Source of the DNA: Vulcanimicrobiota bacterium
GTDB lineage: Bacteria > Vulcanimicrobiota > Vulcanimicrobiia > Eremiobacterales > Eremiobacteraceae
Direction of reading: 5' to 3'
Assembly: GCA_963805945.1 (NCBI GenBank)
Contig: CAWDVP010000006.1
Coordinates: 128,001-192,000, forward strand
Length of the DNA stretch: 64,000 bases
Shown here piece by piece: positions 31,863 to 40,046 of the stretch. Every line of letters starts with the position of its first letter. Within the stretch, counting starts at the first letter, position 1. The notes beneath the pieces are model-generated. The model saw only the letters and a program-made list of their open reading frames with translations, did not search any database and was not told the origin of the DNA. The position numbers were made by a program, and so were the translations under genes.

Positions 31863-31959
31863 ACGAACTCTCCCAATCTGCGTCCGCGTCAGTCACCGCT
31901 ATCCTCCAAGAGAAAAGACCCGCAGTCCGTCGATTGCGGGTTTTTCTCTCCCACGAGGT

Positions 31960-32922
31960 TTACGAGCCGATCGCCAGCTGTTTGCTTAATTTGATCGTCA
32001 ACGGCGTGGTCACCGAGACGTCCGGGAACGACAACGCCGCCGCTTGTCCGCTTGTGATGCTCGGACCCGTGTAAAGGGAGATCTGCGCAGAGGTCAACAC
32101 GTTGCTGACGAAGACCTGGGAGGCGATGTACAGGTTCCCGGAGTGATCGAAGGCGATGCCGAACTGCTGCGCACCGTTGCCGGCGGCGAACGACGAGTTG
32201 AGTATCACAGCCGGCACCTCGTTGCTGGTGAGCGGCGTGGTGAACCCGAGCACCGATCCCTGATTGTTGCCGACGAAGAACTCGTTATTTACCGGATCAA
32301 CCGCGCAGGCATCGGTGTTGGTCGACATGTTCGACGTCGTGATGACCGGCGCGCCGGTATACGGCGGCACGTACATCAAGACGCGATGAGGCGTCGAGGA
32401 ACCATCGAGCACGTACAGATTGCCCGATGCGTCGGCCGCGGCGCACTGCGGCGCATTGAGACCGGTCGTCACCAAGGCCGTCGGGGTGCTCGAGCTGGTC
32501 ACCGGGTGCGCTACTTTGCTTACGCTGTCGGTGGTGAAGTTCGTGTAATATAGATTGCCGGCGGCGTCGAAATTGATCTCGCCGGGGCTGATGCCGCTTG
32601 CGACAGTGAACAGCAGCGCCGAGCTCGGGTTGGGGCGCCCATGTGCGGTGACCGTACCCGCTGTGTCATCTGCTATGTAGACCGCGCCGGTCGTATCGGT
32701 CGGGTCGATCGCGACGCCGAATGGGCCTGCGAGTCCCGTGATCGAGCCGGCCGGCACCGTCGACGCGGAGAACGGCCCCGTGTAGTAGCTCAAGTCCGTC
32801 ACGTTGTCGCTGGCCGAGTAGAGCCGCGCTGGGGCCGGAGGCGGAGTCGATGTCGAGGCGGCGCTGCATGCTTCCAGCGCGAGCAACAACGAGAGCGCGG
32901 GCATCAAGCGCAACCACTTCAT
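31960..32922 (-). CDS. beta-propeller (NHL-like) lipoprotein
   Basis: Lipobox LEAC; repeated FDxxGNLY motifs. Confidence 0.8.
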   Translation of the reverse strand: MKWLRLMPALSLLLALEACSAASTSTPPPAPARLYSASDNVTDLSYYTGPFSASTVPAGSITGLAGPFGVAIDPTDTTGAVYIADDTAGTVTAHGRPNPSSALLFTVASGISPGEINFDAAGNLYYTNFTTDSVSKVAHPVTSSSTPTALVTTGLNAPQCAAADASGNLYVLDGSSTPHRVLMYVPPYTGAPVITTSNMSTNTDACAVDPVNNEFFVGNNQGSVLGFTTPLTSNEVPAVILNSSFAAGNGAQQFGIAFDHSGNLYIASQVFVSNVLTSAQISLYTGPSITSGQAAALSFPDVSVTTPLTIKLSKQLAIGS

Positions 32923-33128
32923 GAATGATACTCCTTCACCATGGCAAGGGCCGACTGTCGCTTCCTAGAGTATCGGCGCTCGCTTCTAGCCGGCTTAGCG
33001 GACGTCCGCGAGGCGGCCGAGTCTTGCATGCCGTCGCCCATGTGTTCGGGCATGACTTCATCCGCCGCGGCCCCTCAATCGTACTATAGACGCACACCCC
33101 TCCAAGCTTATTGAAGGAGCACACGGGC

Positions 33129-33767
33129 ATGATAGGTTCCAGATTCCTCGCCACGCTCGCCGCCGTCGCCGTCGTCGGCATCGGCGCAGCCGCGATGGCC
33201 GCAGACACCGGCACAGACACCATGATGGGCGGCACCGCGCACGGCCGCTTCGGCGGACCGGTCTATGCCGGACCGCCTGCGCTCGCGGTCACCGCAGCGC
33301 TCGTCGACGCGGGCGGCGGCGCCGCCAACTACTCCACCGCCACGGCGCTGGTCAGCATGGTCGGCAAGCCGACCGTCGACGCCGAAGTCGCCAAGCTCAC
33401 CAAGCAATACGGCGCGGCCAACGTCACGTTGTGGCTGAAGACGTTCGACTTCGCGGTCGACGACTCGCTCAAGATCGCGACGGCCGCCGGCATCAAACTA
33501 CCGGCGCCCGCACCGCTCAAGGGCAAAGATCTCGCGATCGGGCTCGTCAAGGCGGGCACCGCCGACGACGGCACGTTCCAGATCGAGCTGCTGCTCGACA
33601 AGGCCGTGTCGCACAAGATCCACGTCCAAGTCATGAACGACATCGACAAGGAACCGGGCCTCGGCAAGAACGCCGACCTCGTGTACCACGAAATCTCGAA
33701 CCAGGCGTTCTACGACGTCGCGCAGGCGCTGGGGATGACGAGCGTCAAGCTCGCGCCGCTGCACTAA
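33129..33767 (+). CDS. secreted helical hypothetical protein
   Basis: AAGGAG RBS, signal peptide, host-like codon usage; terminator hairpin near 33791-33817. Confidence 0.8.
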   Translation: MIGSRFLATLAAVAVVGIGAAAMAADTGTDTMMGGTAHGRFGGPVYAGPPALAVTAALVDAGGGAANYSTATALVSMVGKPTVDAEVAKLTKQYGAANVTLWLKTFDFAVDDSLKIATAAGIKLPAPAPLKGKDLAIGLVKAGTADDGTFQIELLLDKAVSHKIHVQVMNDIDKEPGLGKNADLVYHEISNQAFYDVAQALGMTSVKLAPLH

Positions 33768-33877
33768 CCTGCACGACAGCACAGGAGCACAAGAGGACGG
33801 CTGAGGCCGTCCTCTTCTTCATCCGCCGGGATTCGCAGACCTAAACCCGAAGCGTCCCCAGTAAAGAGGTGTGCGCT

Positions 33878-34327
33878 ATGAATCGTCCGATCGTGGCGAC
33901 GCTCGTCGCCGTCCTCATCATCACCGCGGGCTGCACCAAGAAGGAGTCGGCGCCTGGAGGCGGGGCGAGTCCCGCCGCGACGCAAGTGGCGCTGCCCGTG
34001 CGCATCTCCGCCAGCTTCACCTTCAATGACGTCAGCGTGACGACGTCGGGGCAGCCGGTGCTACGGCTGGGCTTTGACATCCAGAACACCTCGAAAGATC
34101 CGTTGCAGTGCGATCCATCGGAATTCTCCATCCGCCTGTCGGACGGCACGGCCATCGCGGCGGATGAATCGGCGGAGAACAAATGCGACCCGGACTCGGT
34201 GGAGGCGCGTTCGAGCGGTAAGGCGGTCATGTACTTCGATTTGAAGTCGGCGTACAGCGGACCGGTCACCCTCACAATGACGACCAACGACGCGATCGTC
34301 GGCCGGGGCGACACGACGATCAAATAA
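33878..34327 (+). CDS. lipoprotein, DUF4352-like Ig fold
   Basis: Lipobox TAGC; FDIQNTSKDP..F.I..DG. Confidence 0.7.
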   Translation: MNRPIVATLVAVLIITAGCTKKESAPGGGASPAATQVALPVRISASFTFNDVSVTTSGQPVLRLGFDIQNTSKDPLQCDPSEFSIRLSDGTAIAADESAENKCDPDSVEARSSGKAVMYFDLKSAYSGPVTLTMTTNDAIVGRGDTTIK

Positions 34328-34369
34328 CAGGGACACGGCAGGGCGCTGCGGGAAGAGAGAGCGCCCCGT

Positions 34370-34442
<73 letters not shown>

Positions 34443-34582
34443 AGGCTTTCCGCGAACAGTAACCCACTCTAACTTCTAATAGAAGAGCCCAGCGTCAACC
34501 GGGCTCTTTCTGCACAACGGTCGTGGCAGCAAAGGCCCTTCGCCTAGATTAACAAATCCGTCATCTGTTGCGGCCATCGTGC

Positions 34583-35038
34583 TTAGCGAAATCGGAACTG
34601 CAGTCCCAACTCCGGTGCACTGTGAACTGCCCCAATGGGGGGGCCATTGCTGCAATTGGGGGTGCCATTACATGATAGGTTCGAAAGAGACTTATTTGCT
34701 GCGCTTGCTATTAGAATGACCGCTACGACTACGACGACTCCAATAATGATATACGTCGTCGCGTTATTGTGTTTGGGCGCTGGCGACGGCGCGGGCGACG
34801 GCGCAGTGGTGGGCGCGGGCGATACGGCGGGGGTTGGTGTCGCCGACGGTGCCGGGCTTGCGGACTCAGCTACTGGTGTGCCACTGGCGGATGCAATAGC
34901 CGAGAACGCTGGACTTAGGGCGAGGAATGCCGACAGAACTCCGACAGCGATGGTGCGGGTGCACACGACACGGCCTCCATTATGAGCAATATAGCGGCTG
35001 TAAAGCAAGAGCTGTGCAATAACTGCCCAGCCAAACAA
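34583..35038 (-). CDS. Pro-rich membrane/secreted hypothetical protein (start uncertain)
   Basis: Signal-like segment, SPAP repeats, TM, C-terminal LQFRFR. Confidence 0.55.
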   Translation of the reverse strand: MFGWAVIAQLLLYSRYIAHNGGRVVCTRTIAVGVLSAFLALSPAFSAIASASGTPVAESASPAPSATPTPAVSPAPTTAPSPAPSPAPKHNNATTYIIIGVVVVVAVILIASAANKSLSNLSCNGTPNCSNGPPIGAVHSAPELGLQFRFR

Positions 35039-35207
35039 TCCGCTGCCTACAACCCAAAACCATGATAACTTGTCATAATGAGCCAGTCAATGGCGAAAAT
35101 GGGACTCGTTTGAGACGCCCCCAGAAACTTATGTTTTGGCTCTTGGTCCTACCCCGTTTATCCTTCACCATTATCAGGCCCGCGCAGCGCGAAAGCTTAC
35201 ATCTGGG

Positions 35208-35594
35208 TTAGCTTACGTATCTGAGCAGCACCTCGCCGCCGCGCGCGAGCTGCAGCAGGTCGAAGTCGCTGCGGATCTCGAGCTCGGTCGACGTCACTTC
35301 CACGATATCGGGCGCCTGTTTGTGCCCCGTCACCTTCTCGCCGATTTCGCTGAGCTTGCGCACGCCGATGAACTCATACGCAGCCGGTTTGTCGTCGATA
35401 ACGAGATCCTTCGAATCCTCGGCAGCCTCGCGTGTGCCGAATTCCGTAGCCTTGCGGATCACGTCGTCGGGATCGGCGGCGTCGACCAAAACGACGTCTT
35501 CCCAAGCCTGGAGCGGCCGAGCGGGTTCTTCGTCGAGGTCGCCTTCCTCGCGCTTAGCGCGTAATGTTGTGATAAGGTGAGCGGCGTACCACAT
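35208..35594 (-). CDS. DUF4288-like protein
   Basis: MWYAAHL..WEDVVLVDAAD..YEFIGVRKL. Confidence 0.7.
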   Translation of the reverse strand: MWYAAHLITTLRAKREEGDLDEEPARPLQAWEDVVLVDAADPDDVIRKATEFGTREAAEDSKDLVIDDKPAAYEFIGVRKLSEIGEKVTGHKQAPDIVEVTSTELEIRSDFDLLQLARGGEVLLRYVS

Positions 35595-35662
35595 AAGCTA
35601 AATATTGTTACCCCTTCCTTTTGACTGCGCGGTAGTCCCTAGCGCATCTGAGCTTATGGACC

Positions 35663-35680
35663 CATGCAAGAGGTCAACGG
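35663..35680 (+). repeat. 18-bp fragment of tRNA-Ala(GGC)
   Basis: catgcaagaggtcaacgg, identical to 34405-34422 and 37195-37212. Confidence 0.75.
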
Positions 35681-35737
35681 AACTTCTTTTTTCCCAATAG
35701 TAGTGACGATACCGTTGCCCTTTTGACGGTATCCCCA

Positions 35738-36571
35738 TTATGTCCCCACTGATAAGTGGAGAGTTTCGGTGCTCGTAGTAGTCGCGAGGACGGCGGCGTA
35801 TTCCTCTGGCGTTCGCCAAGCGAGCGCTTTGTGCGGGCGCTCGCGGTTGTATTGAGTTCGCCACGTGGCGATGACCGAGCGCGCATGTTCGAGCGAGATG
35901 AAGTCGTGCTCGTTGAGGCATTCGTCGCGGAGCTTGCCATTGAAGCTCTCGATGTACGCGTTTTGGATCGGCTTGCCGGGCGCGATATGATGCAAGCGTA
36001 CGTGGTGTTCTTGCGACCAGCGCAGCATCGCAAGGCTAGTCATCTCCGGTCCGTTATCGAGCACGATGACGTCGGGCAGCCCGCGCAGCGAGCCGATCGC
36101 ATCGAGCGTGTAGCCCATGCGCTGCCCCGAGAAGCCGAAGTCCGCCTCCACCGCCAGGCTCTCGCGCGTGCCGTCGTCGACCACGGTGAGGATCCGGATG
36201 CGCCGGCCGCTGCGCAAGCGATCGTGCACGAAGTCCAACGACCAGCGCAGGTTGCGCTGGGCCAGGATCGGCGGCGGGATGCCTCGGCCTAGCGCCAGCT
36301 TGCGGCGCACGCGCTTGCGCACTTGCAGCTGCGCCGCTCGATACACGCGCCCCACGCGCTTGTGGTTATCCCTGATGCCCTCGCGGCGCAGCAGCACGAG
36401 CATGCGCGGCAGGCCGTAGCGCCGGTACTGCGCCGCAAGCCCTTCCAGGCGCGCGCGCAACATTGCGTCATCGCGCTGGCGAGGCCGACGCTGGAGCAGC
36501 TTGCGATTGACGCCGAGCCAGCGGCACAGACGCCGCTGGCTGGCGGGGATGCGCGCTCCGATGGCCTGCAA
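35738..36571 (-). CDS. IS3 transposase OrfB (DDE)
   Basis: WSLDFVHD, LDNGPE, PGKPIQNAYIESFNGKLRDECLN. Confidence 0.95.
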   Translation of the reverse strand: MQAIGARIPASQRRLCRWLGVNRKLLQRRPRQRDDAMLRARLEGLAAQYRRYGLPRMLVLLRREGIRDNHKRVGRVYRAAQLQVRKRVRRKLALGRGIPPPILAQRNLRWSLDFVHDRLRSGRRIRILTVVDDGTRESLAVEADFGFSGQRMGYTLDAIGSLRGLPDVIVLDNGPEMTSLAMLRWSQEHHVRLHHIAPGKPIQNAYIESFNGKLRDECLNEHDFISLEHARSVIATWRTQYNRERPHKALAWRTPEEYAAVLATTTSTETLHLSVGT

Positions 36572-36594
36572 GGCTGCGCGGCGACGAGCAGGCC

Positions 36595-36861
36595 CTAGAA
36601 GTTTCCCTCGGCGACCATCTTCAGCGCCTCGATGTTGAGCACTTGGTCGGCGACGATCTTCTTGAGGCGCCGATTCTCGTCCTCAAGCTCGCGCAAGCGA
36701 CGCAAGTCGCTCATTTCCAAGCCGCCATATTTCGCGCGCCAGTTGTACAGCGTCGTTTCGCTGATGCCGTGCTTGCGGCACAGCTCCGAAGCCTTGACGC
36801 CCGCCTTGAGCTGCTTGAGCGCAGCGACGATCTGCGTTTCGGTGAAGCGTGATTTACGCTT
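36595..36861 (-). CDS. IS3 transposase OrfA (start codon reads AAG)
   Basis: KRKSRFTETQIV..CRKHGISETTLYNWRAKYGG..LEDENRRLK; GGGAAAC slippery site at 36601-36607. Confidence 0.85.
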   Translation of the reverse strand, partial: KRKSRFTETQIVAALKQLKAGVKASELCRKHGISETTLYNWRAKYGGLEMSDLRRLRELEDENRRLKKIVADQVLNIEALKMVAEGNF

Positions 36862-37189
36862 GTGGGCTCCTTTTCGAGGCGATCGCCTCGGAGTCCACTA
36901 ATCACTGGGGACGCCTATGGGGATACCGTCACTTTGCCTGCGCCGCATTTGGCTGGCGACACAGAAAGAGCAACAAGCACCATGCCTACAACAATCGCTC
37001 TCATACAGACGCTCCCAGAAACTCTTTCTTGCCTCTTGGTCTTTGCAACTTCCTAGTTAGGAAATAACCCACTTCTACCCCTTTGTAACCACTTCCAAGA
37101 ATGCAGGTAAGCGGTAAAGCGACCCGGTTTCGTGCTCAGACGCGCTCAAATGACGTGCCTAGGACCTTTGTGAGCAGGAACGTATTCTA

Positions 37190-37241
37190 CATGGCATGCA
37201 AGAGGTCAACGGTTCGACCCCGTTATCCTCCAAAGCTTTCC
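37190..37241 (+). repeat. direct repeat of the tRNA-Ala(GGC) 3' end (attR-like)
   Basis: 51/52 identical to 34400-34451. Confidence 0.95.
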
Positions 37242-37302
37242 TGGTTCTTCTAACCATCTCTTGACCACATGAGAACGCTCATTCAGTCGCTATGGGCAAT
37301 AT

Positions 37303-37896
37303 ATGAAATTGGCTAAGCTGCAAGAGACCAAGTCAACGATTCGCTTCAGCGCCAAGCTGTCTCGCCCTACGGCTGCCGAAAAGGTCAAGTCGTGGATCCT
37401 TCTCACTCTGCCCAAGAACGCGAGCGCGAAGCTTCCATCACGAGGCGTGATTATGGTCGAGGGAACTATCAATGCCTTTCCTTTTCGCGCCGCTCTCGAA
37501 CCAAACGGCAAAGGAAGTCACTGTCTCAGGGTCAACAAAGCCTTGCGCGAAGCTGCACGCGCGGACGTTGAAGACACGGTGACGGTGGAAATCGCGCGGG
37601 CCGGAGAAGAACCGGAGGCCAGGGTGCCGATGGATCTTCGCAAGACCCTTGCAGCCGCACCGCGAGCGCAAGCAGGGTGGGCGGACATAACACCAATCGC
37701 GCGCCGGGACTGGATCCTTTCGATAATCTCAACCAACCAACCGGAAACGCGCAGGCGTCGCATCGAGAAAGCCTGCGACATGCTCGCATCCGGAAAGCGA
37801 CGACTGTGCTGTTTCGGCGGCATAAAGTGGCTTATGAAAGATCACCCAACTTCTAGCGAAATGTGGCTTAAGTTGCCGGTTGCCCCGAGGAGATAG
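37303..37896 (+). CDS. DUF1905 + YdeI/OmpD-associated family protein
   Basis: VEGTIN..F..LEP.G.GSH; VPMDL..W..ARRDWI..ETRRRRIEK. Confidence 0.85.
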   Translation: MKLAKLQETKSTIRFSAKLSRPTAAEKVKSWILLTLPKNASAKLPSRGVIMVEGTINAFPFRAALEPNGKGSHCLRVNKALREAARADVEDTVTVEIARAGEEPEARVPMDLRKTLAAAPRAQAGWADITPIARRDWILSIISTNQPETRRRRIEKACDMLASGKRRLCCFGGIKWLMKDHPTSSEMWLKLPVAPRR

Positions 37897-37897
37897 T

Positions 37898-38845
37898 ATG
37901 CCGAAGAAGATCATCGCCGTGCTGGGAGCGACCGGCGCACAAGGCGGCGGCTTGGTCCGAGCGATCCAAAACGATACAGCGGGCGAATTCACCGCGCGCG
38001 CCGTGACGCGAGATGTGAACTCGGACAAAGCGAAGGCGCTGGCAGCGCTCGGGGCCGAGGTTGTCGCCGCCGACGTCGATGACATCGAGAGCGTGAAGCG
38101 CGCGTTTGCCGGCGCATACGGCGCCTATTGCGTCACCTTCTACTGGGCGCACATGTCCCCCGAAAAAGAGATGGCAGAGGCCAAGACTTACGCCGACGCG
38201 GCGAAGCACGCCGGTCTTTCCCACGTGATCTGGTCGACGCTCGAGGATACACGCAAGTGGGTGCCGTTGAGCGATACCCGCATGCCGACCCTCATGGGGC
38301 ATTACAAAGTGCCGCACTTCGATGCCAAGGGAGAATCTGACAAGTATTTCTTCGACGCTGGCCTGCCCGTCACGTTTTCCCGGGCGTCCTTCTACTGGGA
38401 GAACTTCGTCTACTTCGGCATGGGTCCGAAGAAGGGTCCCGACGGGATGCTCGGGATCACACTGCCGCTGGATGGCAAGAAACTGCCCGGCATCGCCGCA
38501 GAGGACATCGGCAAATGCAACTATGGCGTCTTCAAGAGGGGCCGTGAATTCATCGGTAAGACGATTGGCCTCGCAGGTGAGGTGCTCACGGGGGCGCAGA
38601 TGGCCGCAGCGATGTCCAAAGCGCTTGGCAAGGAAGTGCGCTTCAACGGGGTCACGCCGGAGGTCTTTCGCGGTTTCGGCTTCCCCGGCGCAGACGACCT
38701 CGGCAACATGTTCCAATTCCAGAACGATTTCGAGGAGTATTTCCTCACCGCACGCGACCCGGTGCTGTCACGCTCGCTCAATCCCGAGCTGCAGACGTTC
38801 GACCAATGGCTGGCGCGCAACGCGGCAAAGATGCCCCTCGTCTAG
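37898..38845 (+). CDS. NmrA/HSCARG family NAD(P)-binding protein
   Basis: GATGAQGG, VPHFDAKG, FYWEN. Confidence 0.92.
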   Translation: MPKKIIAVLGATGAQGGGLVRAIQNDTAGEFTARAVTRDVNSDKAKALAALGAEVVAADVDDIESVKRAFAGAYGAYCVTFYWAHMSPEKEMAEAKTYADAAKHAGLSHVIWSTLEDTRKWVPLSDTRMPTLMGHYKVPHFDAKGESDKYFFDAGLPVTFSRASFYWENFVYFGMGPKKGPDGMLGITLPLDGKKLPGIAAEDIGKCNYGVFKRGREFIGKTIGLAGEVLTGAQMAAAMSKALGKEVRFNGVTPEVFRGFGFPGADDLGNMFQFQNDFEEYFLTARDPVLSRSLNPELQTFDQWLARNAAKMPLV

Positions 38846-39387
38846 GGCTTGCCGAGCAGCCGAAACGAGCCGAGGAATTTGTCGCTATCCTTCGGCAGCG
38901 GCGCATCGACCGGTGCGATGGCCAGCAATTGATAGAGGTAGTCACCGACCACGTAGATGCGCACCCGCACGTGATAGTTGCTCGCGGCGATGAACAGCTC
39001 GTAGCCCGGATTGCCATCGATCGAGATGCGCTGCTGTGACACGAGCGTCCCGTGCACGTTTGCGACGGCGCCGTTCTTCGCGCCCTCGAGCGCATCCATC
39101 GCGCGCGGCGCGATGAGGCCCTGGTCGTAGTGCGTCGAGGAGAACATGAAGGCGTTGTTGCCGCCCAGATCGACCGAGTAGACCTGCGACGTCACCGGCC
39201 CCGCCGCCGTCTGCGTCACCAGCTTCTTCACCGTCGGCCGCTGCGGCGCGGAGACCGCGAAACCATCCGCCGCATAGCTGTACTCGCTCCACGACGCGTT
39301 CGCGTCGGCGCTCGCCGGGAGCTCGCCCGTCACTACAAACGCGATCATGAGCATTAAGCCGATGATCGCCGTTCGTATCGTCTTCAT
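38842..39387 (-). CDS. secreted hypothetical protein (Mog1/PsbP-like)
   Basis: Signal peptide; DGNPGYE..YLYQL..KFLGSF. Confidence 0.65.
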   Translation of the reverse strand: MKTIRTAIIGLMLMIAFVVTGELPASADANASWSEYSYAADGFAVSAPQRPTVKKLVTQTAAGPVTSQVYSVDLGGNNAFMFSSTHYDQGLIAPRAMDALEGAKNGAVANVHGTLVSQQRISIDGNPGYELFIAASNYHVRVRIYVVGDYLYQLLAIAPVDAPLPKDSDKFLGSFRLLGKP

Positions 39388-40046
39388 AACGCCTTCTGGA
39401 GGCGCATCCCCACATCGTAGGGCACACCCCAGATCCACAACACCATCGGCTCCATCGCACCGCCTTCGCTCGCGATCTGCACCCATCGTCCGCCGGTCTT
39501 GTGATACAAGGTTTGACCGCCGCCTTCTTGCGGTGCTTTGAAGTCGATCGTGAGCAACGCCCACGGTCCTACCACGCTCGCCGACTTCACCGTGGCATCG
39601 CCGACGTGGTTCTCCGCATCGCGCACTGCCACGATGTCGGCGTGACTGGGCGGGCCGGTGAACTGGCCGACGCCGTTGGCCGCAAATGCCTTCCACAGCG
39701 CGGCGGCAGACTGGGCCGGCACGCCGCGCAACGAGAACGGGTCGCTCTTGTCGAGTTGGTTCTGGTAGTCCGGCAGTTCGCTCACCATCGTCCAGGTGGA
39801 CCCCGCGCGGTGCATGAGCATCGACGTGGTGAAAGAACGGCCGCACATGATGCCTACCACGGCGTAATCGCCCTGGACGAACTCGGCGGTCGCGGCCGGC
39901 GCTCCGGTCGGCAGCGGCCGCGTGATGCTCCCCTCGGGCGGGCACGTCACCGCATGGACGGCAGCGCTCGACGCACCTCCCGCAAGCGCCGCCCCAGCCG
40001 TCAAGACAAGGGCGGCGCCCAGCAACACCGGGAGGCGAGCCCTCAT
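39384..40046 (-). CDS. secreted hypothetical protein with a duplicated small domain
   Basis: Signal peptide; two GD/P-Y/W-A..LxHxxG..W units; ATGA/ATAG overlaps with neighbours. Confidence 0.65.
   Translation of the reverse strand: MRARLPVLLGAALVLTAGAALAGGASSAAVHAVTCPPEGSITRPLPTGAPAATAEFVQGDYAVVGIMCGRSFTTSMLMHRAGSTWTMVSELPDYQNQLDKSDPFSLRGVPAQSAAALWKAFAANGVGQFTGPPSHADIVAVRDAENHVGDATVKSASVVGPWALLTIDFKAPQEGGGQTLYHKTGGRWVQIASEGGAMEPMVLWIWGVPYDVGMRLQKAL

Larger units (their letters stand above)
35724..36931 (-). mobile_element. IS3-family insertion sequence (IS407-like), 1208 bp
   Basis: Terminal inverted repeats starting TGACGGTATCCCCAT; CTTT target duplication at 35720-35723 and 36932-36935; orfA/orfB. 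Confidence 0.95.

Noticed and set aside
35641..37146. 13-bp inverted repeat (agcgcatctgagc at 35641 and gctcagacgcgct at 37134)
   Set aside because: 12/13 match that does not extend; may be chance.
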